This document shows, one piece after another, positions 11,475 through 22,362 of a DNA stretch of 64,000 bases. The position numbers were made by a program, and so were the translations under genes. The notes beneath the pieces are model-generated. The model was not told where the DNA came from. It was given only the letters and a program-made list of their open reading frames with translations, and made no database searches. Position 1 is the first letter of the stretch; each line of letters begins with the position of its first letter. Source of the stretch: Actinomycetota bacterium (lineage in GTDB: Bacteria > Actinomycetota > Actinomycetes > S36-B12 > FW305-bin1); assembly GCA_004297305.1 (NCBI GenBank), contig SCTR01000007.1:106871-170870 (forward strand). Reading direction: 5' to 3'.

Positions 11475-12017
11475 CTACAGGTCTGCGGGCCGCAGCGCGC
11501 CGGTCGCCACGTCGTACACCGCACCGGCGACGACCAGCTGTTGGGGCAGGAACGGGTAGCTGCGGATCCGTTGCAGGTCACCGGCCAACGTCGCCTGCTG
11601 GTCGCTGACAGTACGGATCTCCAGGCTGCGGGTGTCCACGCCGTACTGCTGCGCAATGGTCGCGTGGATCTCCGCCTCGCTTGCGCTGGCCATCTTGCAG
11701 TCCGTGTGCGGCATGACCAGCACCCGCTCGACCCCGAGCAGGTAGCTGGCCAGGACCAGCGTGCGCAGCACGTCATCGGTCACCCGCGCGCCGGCGTTGC
11801 GCAGGATCTTCACGTCGCCCGCGGACATGCCGAGGATCCCCAGCGGGTCGATCCGGGAGTCCATGCAGGTGACGACGGCGAGTCCGCGGGCCGCCCGCCC
11901 GGTCAGGCCGGTGCCGCCGAACCGGGCGGCGTAGGTCTCGTTGGCGGCCAGGACGTCGGCGAAGGCATCGCGCGGAAAGGCCGTGTCGCCGTTGGCCGAT
12001 GCAGGGGAGGTGACCAT
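11475..12017 (-). CDS. Beta-class carbonic anhydrase
   Basis: VVTCMDSRI, LRNAGARVT, MPHTDC zinc-ligand motifs; GAVYDVATG. Confidence 0.9.
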   Translation of the reverse strand: MVTSPASANGDTAFPRDAFADVLAANETYAARFGGTGLTGRAARGLAVVTCMDSRIDPLGILGMSAGDVKILRNAGARVTDDVLRTLVLASYLLGVERVLVMPHTDCKMASASEAEIHATIAQQYGVDTRSLEIRTVSDQQATLAGDLQRIRSYPFLPQQLVVAGAVYDVATGALRPADL

Positions 12018-12164
12018 GGGCCGACAGGCTAGCCGGGCCACAGCTGGCCACGACGGCCGGTCGCACCGGCCTGCCGCTACGCTCGCCCGGCTGGGCCACC
12101 ACCGGCCCGGGGACGGCCCCGCCGCCCCGAGCGGCGGCGGCAATCCCGTCCCGTGAGGAGCCCC

Positions 12165-13529
12165 GTGGCAGACCGTGCTCTCCGTGTGGCCATCGTCGGA
12201 GCCGGCCCGTCCGGCATCTATGCAGCCGATGCGCTGACCGCCGACGGCGCCCACAGCGTCGACATCTTCGATCGCCTGCCCGCCCCGTTCGGCCTGGTGC
12301 GGTACGGCGTCGCTCCGGACCACCTGAGTATCCGGTCGGTGCGGGGCACGCTGGAGAAGGTCTTCGACCACCCGACGGTGCGGTTCCTCGGCAACGTCGA
12401 GGTGGGCCGCGACGTCACCGTCGCGGAGCTGCACGACCACTACGACGCGATCGTCTTCACCTACGGCGCGGCTCGCGACCGACGGCTCGGCATCCCTGGT
12501 GAGGATCTCGTGGGCAGCATCGCCGCCACCGATCTGGTGGCCTGGTACTGCGGCCATCCGGAGGCCCCGCGAGAGCTGATCGAGGATGCCCTCGCGCACG
12601 CCAACGCGGCCGTCGTCGTCGGGGTCGGCAATGTGGCGGTCGACGTGACCCGGGTGCTCGCCAAGACGGTCCCCGAACTCGATCACACCGACATGCCGCA
12701 GCACGTCTTGGACCAGCTGGCCCGCAGCACGATCACCGACGTGTATCTGCTGGGCCGCCGCGGGCCGGTGCACGCCACCTTCACCACCAAGGAACTGCGG
12801 GAACTCGGCGAACTGGTCGAGGCGGACCCGGTCGTGCTGGAACACGATCTGCAACTGGACGACGCGTCCCGGGCGGCGTTGGCCGCCAACCGGGTCGCGG
12901 TGCGCAACGTCGACGTCCTGGCCGAATGGTCGGCTCGTGCTCCGGCCGGGCGGCCCCGCCGTATCCACGCCCGGTTCTGGTCGCGGCCGGTGGAGATCGT
13001 GGGCGTGGACCGCGTCGAGGGCGTCGTGGTGGAACGCACCGAGCTGGACGAGAACGGCGCGGTCCGCGGTACCGGGGTGATCGAGACGGTGCCCGCCCAG
13101 CTGGTGGTCCGCTCCGTCGGCTACCGGGGGATCCCGTTGGCCGGCCTGCCGTTCGACGCGGACCGCAACGTCGTGCCCAGTGAGGACGGCCGGGTGCTGC
13201 GCGATGGCGCGGTGGTGACGGGCGAGTACGTCGCCGGCTGGATCAAGCGAGGGCCCACCGGGATCATCGGCACCAACAAGAAGGATGCCGCGGCCTCTGT
13301 CGCCTCCTTGCTGGCCGATGCTGCCGGTCTGCCGCGGCCGGCGTCGCCGGAGCCGGCCGCCATCGATGCGCTACTGGCCGAGCGCGGCGTGGCCGTGGTG
13401 GACCTGCCGGGCTGGCAGGCGATCGACGTCGCCGAGCAGGAACTCGGCGCGTTGTACGGGCGGCCCCGGACCACCCACCACGACCGCGACACGATGCTGA
13501 AGATCAGCCGCGGGACACCGCCGGCCTGA
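12165..13529 (+). CDS. Ferredoxin/adrenodoxin-type NADPH reductase (FprA-like)
   Basis: IVGAGPSGIY, PFGLVRYGVAPDH, GVGNVAVDV, GRRGP, GWIKRGPTGIIGTNK. Confidence 0.9.
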   Translation: MADRALRVAIVGAGPSGIYAADALTADGAHSVDIFDRLPAPFGLVRYGVAPDHLSIRSVRGTLEKVFDHPTVRFLGNVEVGRDVTVAELHDHYDAIVFTYGAARDRRLGIPGEDLVGSIAATDLVAWYCGHPEAPRELIEDALAHANAAVVVGVGNVAVDVTRVLAKTVPELDHTDMPQHVLDQLARSTITDVYLLGRRGPVHATFTTKELRELGELVEADPVVLEHDLQLDDASRAALAANRVAVRNVDVLAEWSARAPAGRPRRIHARFWSRPVEIVGVDRVEGVVVERTELDENGAVRGTGVIETVPAQLVVRSVGYRGIPLAGLPFDADRNVVPSEDGRVLRDGAVVTGEYVAGWIKRGPTGIIGTNKKDAAASVASLLADAAGLPRPASPEPAAIDALLAERGVAVVDLPGWQAIDVAEQELGALYGRPRTTHHDRDTMLKISRGTPPA

Positions 13530-13606
13530 GCGCACCCTGGCGCGATCGTGACGCGGCACGATCCCGATGGCTCAGCCCCGATCGGGGATCCGGCGAGGCC
13601 GGCAGC

Positions 13607-14725
13607 TCAGCACCAGTCGGGGATCCGTCGCGGCGTGGCCGCGACGAACACCTCCGGCATGACGTCGGCCTTGCCGCACGACTCCGGCCGTGGCGGCGCG
13701 GCGACGGTGCGGACGACGTCGACCCGCCAGGCACGGCCGTCGCGGTGCCGGACCTCGGTGCGGCACAACGGTGGCGTCGGCCCGGGCGCCGGCCCTGCCG
13801 GCGCCGAGGAGACCACCCCGGTCGGACGTACCAGCAGCACGTCCAGGTCGTCGATACGTGTCCGCGGATGCGCCCGGCGTACGGCGAACTCAGCGGCCTG
13901 CAGCGGGCGACGGAACGACGACCGGCCGCGGTAGTGCTCCAGCGGCAGCTCGCCGGAGTCGACCGCGCTCAGCAGGGCCCGGGCGGACGCACTGTCCAGC
14001 CGGCCGTGCACGGTGCCGTGCGGCAGGACGAGCACGGTCGGTGCGAACCGGTGGCCGCCGATGTGCGACGCCTCCCAGATCCGTTCCGCCAGCAGCGGAT
14101 CGGCCGCCAGGTCGCGAGCCAGCGGCAACCCGGCCAGGGCGCAGCACACGTCGCGCCGGGCGTTGGTACACACGAACATCACCGGCTCGGTGGTACGCCG
14201 CCCCACCGGGGGCAGTTCACCGCGGGCGATGGCGGCGAAGTCCCATCCGAGCAGCTCGGCGGGGTCGGTGATCATCGCCTCCCGCATCCGCATCCCGCCG
14301 GGGGCGGTGTGGGCGACCCACACCCGGCGCGCGCCGGCCGTGGACCGCCCGACACCCGGGCCTTCGCGGTCGGTGCCGCCGCCAGCACGGCTGACTGCAC
14401 GGTCGGTACCGGGGTCCGCAGCGACAGCGGCGTCCCGGTCAGTGGTGTGGTCTGGGCTGTGGTCGTCGGCGTGCCGGCCCGGCCGGCGTGCCAGCAGGAT
14501 CGTGGTCCCGGTGCCGTCGCTGGCCTTGGCCAGCGCCTCGCCGAGTTCGGCGTCCAGGTGGCTGCTCTGCAACGCCTGCCGCCCCCACGGACCGGCCTGC
14601 TCGAGGACGACCCAGGCGCTGGCCACCGGTGCGGTGGCGACCAGCGGCTCGTCGAGCAACGCGGCCGCAGCGCTGCAGGACGGCGGCTGCCCTTGCGCCG
14701 GCACGTTCGTCGTCGCGCCGGCCAT
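13607..14725 (-). CDS. Sucrase-ferredoxin-like (thioredoxin-like 2Fe-2S) protein
   Basis: LEQAGPWG, FVCTNARRDVCCA, WEASHIGGHRFAPT, HGRL, YRGR. Confidence 0.88.
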   Translation of the reverse strand: MAGATTNVPAQGQPPSCSAAAALLDEPLVATAPVASAWVVLEQAGPWGRQALQSSHLDAELGEALAKASDGTGTTILLARRPGRHADDHSPDHTTDRDAAVAADPGTDRAVSRAGGGTDREGPGVGRSTAGARRVWVAHTAPGGMRMREAMITDPAELLGWDFAAIARGELPPVGRRTTEPVMFVCTNARRDVCCALAGLPLARDLAADPLLAERIWEASHIGGHRFAPTVLVLPHGTVHGRLDSASARALLSAVDSGELPLEHYRGRSSFRRPLQAAEFAVRRAHPRTRIDDLDVLLVRPTGVVSSAPAGPAPGPTPPLCRTEVRHRDGRAWRVDVVRTVAAPPRPESCGKADVMPEVFVAATPRRIPDWC

Positions 14726-14736
14726 CGTGGCGATAC

Positions 14737-17175
14737 TCACAGCTGTCCTCCGACCGCGGCCACCGGCTGCGCCGGCGCCGTCCCTGATCCGTCTCGTCGC
14801 GAATCCGGTTCCGGCAGGTCGACCGGCCGGCCGGCGGCGGTTGCCGCCAGCGGGGGACCGATGCCGACCCAGGCCAGGACCAGACCGTCCTGTCCGCGCA
14901 GCAACCGATGGCACCGCACCCCTCCGGTGGCCCGGCCCTTCGGCGGGTAGACGGCGTACGGCGTGACCTTGACCGACCCCAGATCGGTGCCCGGCAGCGC
15001 CGCCGCCGAACCGGCGAGCGTGACCACGACGGCCGCGTCGGCTGGTCGTACCGCGGTGAAGTGCACGGCCACCGCCCCCGCGGCCAGCTTGATCCCGGCG
15101 ACCCCGCCCGCCGACCGGCCTTGTGGCCGGACTGTGGCGGCGCTGAAGCGCAGCAGTTGCGCGTCCGAGCTCACGAAGACGAGGTCCTCCTCGCCGCTGT
15201 CCAGTTCGACCGCGCCCACGACGGCGTCCCCGGCGTCGAGCCGGATCACCGGCCAGTCGTCCTTGTTGGCCGGTACGTCGGGCACGACGCGCTTGACGAT
15301 CCCGGACCGCGTCCCCAGCGCGAGACCGGCCGACTGCTCAGCCAGCGAGGTCAGCGCGATGCCCTGTTCACCGGCCGGCAGGTCCAGCAGCGCGCCGAGC
15401 GGTGCGCCCCCGGACAGCGCGGGACGGTCGGCGGTGGGCGGCAGCGCCGGCAGTTCGAGCACCGGCAGCCGCAGCACCCGGCCGGCAGTCGTCACCACTC
15501 CGACGTGGCCTCGCGCCGTGGTTCGGACCGCGGACACCGTCACGTCGTGCGCGGTGCGCGCCCCAGTGGCCGGGATCGGCTCGGCGGTGGTGGTCCGTGC
15601 CAGCAGCCCCGTCGAGGACAGCAGCACCCAGCACGGATCGTCGGTGACCTCCAGCGGGGTCGCCGGGCTCGCCACGGCCCCGACGGACTCCAGCAGCACG
15701 GTCCGGCGTGGGGTGGCGTAGGCCTTGCTGACCTCGGCCAGTTCGTCGGACACGACCTTCCGCAGCCGGCGGTCGTCGTCGAGGATTTCCGTCAGCGTGG
15801 CGATCGTCGTCCGCAACTGCTCCTGCTCCTGCTCGAGCTCGATCCGGGAGAAGCGGGTCAGCCGCCGCAGTGGCATGTCCAGGATGTACGTCGCCTGCAC
15901 CTCGCTGAGGTCGAAGACCTGTCGCAACCGCTCCCGCGCGGCGGCCGTGTCGTCGCTGGAGCGGATCACCGCGATCACCTCGTCGATGTCGAGGATGGCG
16001 ACCAGCAGCCCCTCGACCAGGTGCAGCCGGTCGCTGGCGCGGGCTCGGCGGTACACGGTGCGGCGCCGTACGACGTCGCTGCGATGGTCCAGGAAGACCT
16101 GCAGCAGCTGTGGCAACGACAACGTGCGCGGCTGCCCGTCGACCAGGGCCACGTTGTTGATCGAGAACGAGTCCTCCAGCGGCGTCAACCGGTACAGCTG
16201 CTCGAGCACGGCTTCGGGATGGAAACCGTTCTTCACCTCGACCACCAGGTGCAGGCCGTGCTCGCCGTCGGTGAGGTCGGTGATGTCGGCGATGCCCTGC
16301 AGCTTCTTGCTGCGGACCAGCTCGGTGATCTTCTCGATGACCTTCTCCGGGCCGACCGTGTACGGCAGTTCCGTGATGACGATGCCGCGGCGGCGAGCGC
16401 TGACCTGCTCGACCCGGGCGCGCGCCCGGATCCGGAACGCGCCCCGCCCGGTCGCGTAGGCCTCCCGGATGCCGTCGAGTCCGGTCACGATGCCGCCGGT
16501 GGGAAGGTCCGGGCCGGGGATGAAGCGGAGCAGGTCGTCCAGGCCGGCCCGGGGGTGTGTGAGCAGGTAGCGCGCTGCTGCCACGACCTCGCCGAGGTTG
16601 TGCGGCGGCATCGTGGTGGCCATGCCGACGGCAATCCCCGAGGCACCGTTGACCAGCAGGTTCGGGATCGCCGCGGGGAGCACGACCGGCTCCCGCTCCT
16701 GGCCGTCGTAGTTGGGTACGAAGTCGACGACGTCCTCGTCGAGGCCGACGGTCATCGCCGTCGCCGGTTCGGCGAGCCGGCACTCGGTGTAGCGCATGGC
16801 CGCCGGACCGTCGTCGGGCGTACCGAAGTTGCCGTGCGGATCGATCAGCGGCAGGCGCAGCGAGAATCCCTGCGCCATGCGGACCAGCGCGTCGTAGATG
16901 GCGCTGTCGCCGTGCGGGTGCAACCGGCCCATGACCTCGCCGACGACGCGGGCGCTCTTGACGTGGCCACGGTCGGGTCGCAGGCCCATCTCGGCCATCT
17001 GGAACAGGATGCGGCGCTGCACCGGCTTCAGCCCGTCGCGCGCGTCCGGCAGCGCCCGGGAGTAGATGACGGAGTAGGCGTACTCCAGGAACGACCCGCG
17101 CATCTCGTCGGCGACGTCCACGTCGACGATCCGCTCGGGGACGTCGGCCGGTGGGGGGGTGGTCCGGCGGGCCAT
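14737..17175 (-). CDS. parC: DNA topoisomerase IV subunit A (GyrA/ParC family)
   Basis: [27 protein letters not shown], active-site [22 protein letters not shown]; no GyrA-box seen in the C-terminal domain. Confidence 0.92.
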   Translation of the reverse strand: MARRTTPPPADVPERIVDVDVADEMRGSFLEYAYSVIYSRALPDARDGLKPVQRRILFQMAEMGLRPDRGHVKSARVVGEVMGRLHPHGDSAIYDALVRMAQGFSLRLPLIDPHGNFGTPDDGPAAMRYTECRLAEPATAMTVGLDEDVVDFVPNYDGQEREPVVLPAAIPNLLVNGASGIAVGMATTMPPHNLGEVVAAARYLLTHPRAGLDDLLRFIPGPDLPTGGIVTGLDGIREAYATGRGAFRIRARARVEQVSARRRGIVITELPYTVGPEKVIEKITELVRSKKLQGIADITDLTDGEHGLHLVVEVKNGFHPEAVLEQLYRLTPLEDSFSINNVALVDGQPRTLSLPQLLQVFLDHRSDVVRRRTVYRRARASDRLHLVEGLLVAILDIDEVIAVIRSSDDTAAARERLRQVFDLSEVQATYILDMPLRRLTRFSRIELEQEQEQLRTTIATLTEILDDDRRLRKVVSDELAEVSKAYATPRRTVLLESVGAVASPATPLEVTDDPCWVLLSSTGLLARTTTAEPIPATGARTAHDVTVSAVRTTARGHVGVVTTAGRVLRLPVLELPALPPTADRPALSGGAPLGALLDLPAGEQGIALTSLAEQSAGLALGTRSGIVKRVVPDVPANKDDWPVIRLDAGDAVVGAVELDSGEEDLVFVSSDAQLLRFSAATVRPQGRSAGGVAGIKLAAGAVAVHFTAVRPADAAVVVTLAGSAAALPGTDLGSVKVTPYAVYPPKGRATGGVRCHRLLRGQDGLVLAWVGIGPPLAATAAGRPVDLPEPDSRRDGSGTAPAQPVAAVGGQL

Positions 17176-17292
17176 CGGTTGCGGCCTCCTCGGCTCGGGG
17201 CAGGTTGGCAGTCGCCGTAGCGCCACCGTGCGCCGATTGTCCCCGACGTCTCCGGCCGCGCGGTCAGCTGGGGATATCCCGGCGTGCCGCGC

Positions 17293-18195
17293 TCAGGGCC
17301 GCGCGCCCACGGTCGACACCGCACGGCTGGCCAGCCGGTTGCCCATCGCGAGGGCCAGCGCAGGCTCGGCGCCGTCCACCCAGGCCGGCAGCAGACCAGC
17401 GGTGAAGGCGTCGCCGGCCCCGGTGGTGTCGACCACGTCGACCGCCAGCGTCGGCGCGCTGACCGTCGCGGCGCCCCGGGTCAGCCACAGCGCTCCGTCA
17501 GGGCCGAGCGTCACCACGACGGTCCCGAACGACTCGGCGAGGGACCGGCCGGCAGTCTCCGGATCCGGCTCGCCGGCCAGCGCGCAGGCCTCTTCCCGGT
17601 TGGCCAGCAGGAGGTCGACGCCGTCCACCCACGACAGGAAGCGCGCCACGCCGATGTCGCGCAGCGGCCCGAACGAGGAGGGGTCCACGCTGGCGGTCAT
17701 GCCGCGGCGGCGGGCCTGGTCGAGCGCAGCGAGCCCCGCCATCCGGGATCCCTCGTGCAGCAGCGTGTAGCCGGACAGGTGCAGGTGCGCGCCACCGACG
17801 AACAACGGCTCCGGCAGGTCTGCCGGGGTCAGCGAGCCGTTCGCGCCGGCGTCCGGCAGCATCGTGCGCTCGCCGTCCGGACCGACCAGCACCACGCAGG
17901 TTCCGGTGTGCTCCAACGGATCCACCGCGATGTGGACGTCCACTCCGCAGGCAGCGAGGTCGCGCTTGGCGTGCTGCCCGAGGCCGTCGTCACCGACCTT
18001 GCCGACGTAGGCGGTCGCGTGGCCTTCGTGCGAGAGCCAGGCCGCGGTGTTCGCGCCGGACCCGCCGCCGCGGGTGCGGATACGAGCGTCGCGGGTGCTG
18101 CCGGAATCGGGCGCGTCCTCGAGCAGGACGACGATGTCGCTCATGACGTCGCCGACGACCACGAAGGCGGGGTTCACCGGCGGGATCCGCGGCAC
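17293..18195 (-). CDS. PfkB-family carbohydrate kinase
   Basis: GGGSGANTAAWL, GKVGDDGLG, DTTGAGDAF signature. Confidence 0.92.
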   Translation of the reverse strand: MPRIPPVNPAFVVVGDVMSDIVVLLEDAPDSGSTRDARIRTRGGGSGANTAAWLSHEGHATAYVGKVGDDGLGQHAKRDLAACGVDVHIAVDPLEHTGTCVVLVGPDGERTMLPDAGANGSLTPADLPEPLFVGGAHLHLSGYTLLHEGSRMAGLAALDQARRRGMTASVDPSSFGPLRDIGVARFLSWVDGVDLLLANREEACALAGEPDPETAGRSLAESFGTVVVTLGPDGALWLTRGAATVSAPTLAVDVVDTTGAGDAFTAGLLPAWVDGAEPALALAMGNRLASRAVSTVGARP

Positions 18196-18354
18196 GCTCG
18201 CTCATCGTCCATGTGGTCACGGTAACCGGCTGATCACGACAACCGGCTGATCAGGCAACCGGCGAGGCGCTGCCGGGGCCCGGTGGCGTCGCGACGGCTG
18301 AAGCGCGGTTGTGCACCGTTCGGCATCGGGCGGGCACGGTGGGAGGATCGCGGC

Positions 18355-18942
18355 ATGACCGAACTCACCGCGCTCGGCGAGCAGCTGCGGACCGATATCG
18401 AGCGCAGCGGCTACTACCCCGACCTGGTCTCGGACTCCTTGGGGACCGCGCTCGCGCAGGAACCGGTGACGTCGTACGTCGTCCACCACGAGGCCACGTT
18501 CGACCACGACGAGCTGCGCCGCCACGTGACGGTCCTGGCGCTGACCCCGACCCGGCTCATCGTGGGGCACACCGACGAACACCCGGCCGACGACTCCTCG
18601 CCGGTCCCGTATGCCACCGCCTCCACGGAGGCGGTCCGGCTGGACCGGGTCGACTCGGTGGTGGTGACCCGGGTGGTCGCCGAACCGGCGGGGTTCCGCG
18701 CCGGCGGGCCGTTGCGGGAGTTGGTGCTGACCATCGGCTGGGGCGCGGTCAGCCGGATCGACCTGGAACCGGCGTCGTGCGGCGACCCGGACTGCGAGGC
18801 CGACCACGGCTACACCGGGACCGCCAGCAACGATGATCTGTCGCTGCGGGTCTCCGACGCGGCCGACGGCAGTGACGTGGTGGCGCAGGCGCTGCTGTTC
18901 GCCGCGGCCCTGTCGGCTGCCACCGGCCGTCGGCTGGCGTGA
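18355..18942 (+). CDS. DUF5998-like conserved actinobacterial protein
   Basis: IERSGYYPDLV, HHEATFD, LTIGWGAVSRIDLEPASCGDPDCEADHGY; GGAGG RBS. Confidence 0.8.
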   Translation: MTELTALGEQLRTDIERSGYYPDLVSDSLGTALAQEPVTSYVVHHEATFDHDELRRHVTVLALTPTRLIVGHTDEHPADDSSPVPYATASTEAVRLDRVDSVVVTRVVAEPAGFRAGGPLRELVLTIGWGAVSRIDLEPASCGDPDCEADHGYTGTASNDDLSLRVSDAADGSDVVAQALLFAAALSAATGRRLA

Positions 18943-20060
18943 CCGACCTGCGGCTCCCGCCGTACGGCGCCGGCACCATCGCCGAACTCCTGCCGTCGGT
19001 CGCCGCCGGGCTGGGGGTGCGCGGGTACGCCGACGTGCTGGGCCTCGGCGACGCGGACCGCGTGGTGGTGATCCTGGTCGACGGGCTCGGCCGCGTCGCC
19101 TTGCAGCGTCATACGGCGATCACCCCGGTGCTGTCCGGGCTGACCTCATGGGCTTCGGGCCTGTCGACCGGCTTCCCGTCGACCACGACGGTGTCGCTCG
19201 GGTCGCTCGGCACCGGCCTGCCGCCCGGCGCGCACGGCCTGGTCGGCACCGTCTTCTGGCTGCCTGAAGCTGACCGCACGCTGTCGCCGCTGGGCTGGCG
19301 CGACGATCCCAACCCCATCGCCACGCAGCCGGAACCCACTGTGCTGGAACGAGTCGCCGCGGCCGGAGTGGCGGTGACGACGGTATCGCCGCGATCGTTC
19401 GAACAGTCCGGACTGACCCGCGCCGCGTTGCGCGGTGCGCGGTACCGCGGCGCGGACGGCCTGGGTGAACGGGTGGGCGAGGTGTGTGCGGCGCTGGCGG
19501 CGCCGGGCCGGTCACTGGTGTACGTCTACCTGGGGGACCTGGACAAGACCGGTCACGTCCACGGCCAGGACTCCGAGCACTGGCGCACCGAGCTCGCCCT
19601 GGTCGACCGGTTCGTTGAACTGCTCTGTGCCGCAGTCGGTCCGGCGACCCGTATCGTGCTGACCGCCGACCACGGCATGGTCGACTGCCCGGACTCCGAG
19701 CGGGTGGATCTGGACGCCGACCCGGCGCTCAACGAGGGTCTGGCGGTGTTGGCGGGCGAGCCGCGGGCGCGCTACGGCTATGCGCGGCCCGGTGCGGCAG
19801 CCGACCTGGTCGCCGCGTGGCAGGAACGGCTGGCGGGCTTGGCCGATGTCCTCAGCCGCGACGACGCGGTCGCCCGGGGACTGTTCGGCGAGGTGGAACC
19901 CGGCCTCGTCGACCGCATCGGCGACGTCATCGCCATCGCCCGCGGGCAGGTCGTGCTGGCCAGCCCGCGGACCGATCCGGTCATCTCCGGGCTTCGGGGC
20001 CAGCACGGCGCGCTGAGCGAAGCGGAGTACGCCGTACCCCTGCTGCTGTGGGGCCCGTGA
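18939..20060 (+). CDS. Alkaline phosphatase superfamily / nucleotide pyrophosphatase-phosphodiesterase protein
   Basis: LVDGLG, FPSTT, DLDKTGH, LTADHGM, GQHG metal-binding motifs; GTGA overlap with the upstream gene. Confidence 0.88.
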   Translation: MTDLRLPPYGAGTIAELLPSVAAGLGVRGYADVLGLGDADRVVVILVDGLGRVALQRHTAITPVLSGLTSWASGLSTGFPSTTTVSLGSLGTGLPPGAHGLVGTVFWLPEADRTLSPLGWRDDPNPIATQPEPTVLERVAAAGVAVTTVSPRSFEQSGLTRAALRGARYRGADGLGERVGEVCAALAAPGRSLVYVYLGDLDKTGHVHGQDSEHWRTELALVDRFVELLCAAVGPATRIVLTADHGMVDCPDSERVDLDADPALNEGLAVLAGEPRARYGYARPGAAADLVAAWQERLAGLADVLSRDDAVARGLFGEVEPGLVDRIGDVIAIARGQVVLASPRTDPVISGLRGQHGALSEAEYAVPLLLWGP

Positions 20061-20148
20061 CCCTGGTCCGCCTGGGCCCGTGCGCTTCGGGGCCGCTGGG
20101 GAGCGTGACCCCGGCTGCCGGGGCCTTTGACCCTGGCTGCCTGGCCGG

Positions 20149-20997
20149 TCACTCGTCCGGGCGGCCCGATCCGAAGAGGATCTCGTCCCAGGTCGGGACG
20201 CTGCTGCGCTTGGCCTTGCGGGCCGCTCGCCGCCGGGCGACCGGCACCGTGTCGTGCGTCGCACCGGCCTCGGCCGGATCGGCCGGCACGTCGTACGCCG
20301 CCCCGGTCTCGGCCGCCTGCTCCGGCGGCGCCTCGGTGATCGGGGACGTCCACGGCGCGAGCAGGTCGGGGTCGAGCAACGGCGGCTCATCGGTGGCAGC
20401 GGGCACCGCGACGAGGTGCCGACGGTCCTCGTCGGCCGCCGGGTCCTCGGTCAGCCAGCGGCCATCGTCGTCTTCGGCGACCAGGGTCCGTCCGGCGGTG
20501 TCGTACACCCAGGTCGCGACCCGGTCGCCCTGGGCGGCCGGGTAGGCGACCAGGACGGTCCACAACCCGTCGTCCCGCCGCCAGGCGTCCCAGCGCACGT
20601 CCTCCGGATCGACGCCGCGCTGCTGCAGCCGCGCGGTGACGACGTCCTCCAGCGCTACCGCGCCTTCCGGGCGCCGCAGCACGCAGCTGCGAGCCTGGCC
20701 GGCGACCCATTCGCGCTCGGCCAGGACCGGCCCTTCGTAACGCCGGACCCGCTCCACCGGCAAGCCGGCCAGCTCCGCGACCTCCTCCGCGGTCGCACCG
20801 GCGCGGATGCGCGCCTGGATGTCGCGGGGACGCAGCGGTTCGGTGACCGGTTGCGCAGCACGGTTCCGGTCGCGGCGCAGCGTCGCGGACAGCCGCTCGT
20901 CGAGGGCGACGCGATACTCCTGACCGTCGCCGTCGGCCGCGGTCAGGAGTAGCCCGGCACCGTCGTCGGTCAGCCGCACGTAGGTGAGTTCCCGCAT
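20149..20997 (-). CDS. sepH: Septation protein SepH (DUF3071)
   Basis: MREL start, LRPRDIQARIRAGATAEEVA, RVRRYEGPVLAERE, WDAWRRDDG, C-terminal VPTWDEILFG. Confidence 0.9.
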   Translation of the reverse strand: MRELTYVRLTDDGAGLLLTAADGDGQEYRVALDERLSATLRRDRNRAAQPVTEPLRPRDIQARIRAGATAEEVAELAGLPVERVRRYEGPVLAEREWVAGQARSCVLRRPEGAVALEDVVTARLQQRGVDPEDVRWDAWRRDDGLWTVLVAYPAAQGDRVATWVYDTAGRTLVAEDDDGRWLTEDPAADEDRRHLVAVPAATDEPPLLDPDLLAPWTSPITEAPPEQAAETGAAYDVPADPAEAGATHDTVPVARRRAARKAKRSSVPTWDEILFGSGRPDE

Positions 20998-21267
20998 GCC
21001 GACTCCTTCCGGGCGCCCGGGACGGGGGACGTCCGGCGTATCCGGACGGCGATCAGGCGCCAGTCTTGCCCGTCGCCGGGGCGGAATCCAGCAACCCCCG
21101 GTCCCCGGGCGCGTTGGCCGCTGGATCCGCGGACCGGCGGTGGTTCGGCGGACCGAACCTGGTACGGCGGCCGCACCGTGCGGGCGCGACCGGCGACGGC
21201 TCGACCGTACGACGGCGACCGCGGACCCGCCCGCACCGGCGCCCCGCGCGACGCCGATGATCGGGCC

Positions 21268-22362
21268 ATGACGCAGCTGCCGGCCGAGCCGTACGACACG
21301 TTGCTGCTGGTGTCGTTCGGGGGACCGGAGCGGATGGCCGACGTCCTGCCGTTCCTGCGCCACGTGACGCACGGCCGCGACGTCCCGCCGGAGCGCCTGG
21401 CGGCGGTGGCTGCCCAGTACGAGGCAGTCGGCGGCGTCTCGCCGCTCAACGCGGCGAACCGGCGGCTGCTGGCAGCGATCCAGGCCAAGGTCAGCGACCT
21501 GGGCCTGGCGGTGGCCTGGGGGAACCGGCACGCCGAGCCGTTCCTTGCCGACACGCTGACCGCGTTGGCGACGGCCGGTTCGCGCCGGGTGCTGGCGTTC
21601 GTCACCAGTGCCTATTCGTCGTACTCCGGCTGCCGGCAGTACCGCGAGGAACTCGCCGCCGCGCTCGGCGTCGTGCGGGCCGCGGGGCTGCAGCCGCCCA
21701 CGGTCGACCGGTTGCGGCAGTACTTCGACCACCCGGGCTTCGTCGAGCCGTTCGTCGACTCGACCCTCGCCGCCCTGGCCGGGCTGCCAAGCGGATCCAG
21801 CCAGGTCCGGCTGCTGTTCGCCACGCACTCGCTGCCGGTGGCCGCCGCCGCGGTCTGTGGCCCGGCGGGCGGGGCGTACGTCGCCCAGCACCAGGCTGTC
21901 GCGGCCCTGGTCGCGCGCCGGGTCAACGCCGAGACCGGGATGGACTACGGCTGGGAGCTGGTGTTCCAGTCCCGGTCCGGGCCGCCCCGCGTGCCGTGGC
22001 TGGAGCCGGACGTGAACGACCGCATCGATGCCTTGGCGCAGACCGGCACGGACGCGGTGGTCGTCGTACCGATCGGTTTCGTCAGCGACCACATGGAGGT
22101 CGTCTGGGACCTCGACACGGTCGCCGCGCAGCGGTGCCGCGCGGCCGGCATGGCCTTCGCTCGCGCCAGCACACCGGGCACCGATGCGCGCTTCGCCGGC
22201 ATGGTGCGCGAGCTGGTCCTCGAACGCACCGCCGGCGGCGCCCGGCGGGCCCTCAGCCCCGGGGGCCCGGCACCGGACCGGTGCCCGGCGTCGTGCTGCC
22301 CCAACCCGGCCGGGCGACTGCCGGCCGTCGGCGAGGCCGGACCGGCCACACTGTCCGGGTGA
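21268..22362 (+). CDS. hemH: Coproporphyrin ferrochelatase
   Basis: LLVSFGGPE, GGVSP, YSSYSGCRQY, FQSRSGP...WLEPD, PIGFVSDHMEV; C-terminal CPASCC suggests a 2Fe-2S type. Confidence 0.93.
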   Translation: MTQLPAEPYDTLLLVSFGGPERMADVLPFLRHVTHGRDVPPERLAAVAAQYEAVGGVSPLNAANRRLLAAIQAKVSDLGLAVAWGNRHAEPFLADTLTALATAGSRRVLAFVTSAYSSYSGCRQYREELAAALGVVRAAGLQPPTVDRLRQYFDHPGFVEPFVDSTLAALAGLPSGSSQVRLLFATHSLPVAAAAVCGPAGGAYVAQHQAVAALVARRVNAETGMDYGWELVFQSRSGPPRVPWLEPDVNDRIDALAQTGTDAVVVVPIGFVSDHMEVVWDLDTVAAQRCRAAGMAFARASTPGTDARFAGMVRELVLERTAGGARRALSPGGPAPDRCPASCCPNPAGRLPAVGEAGPATLSG

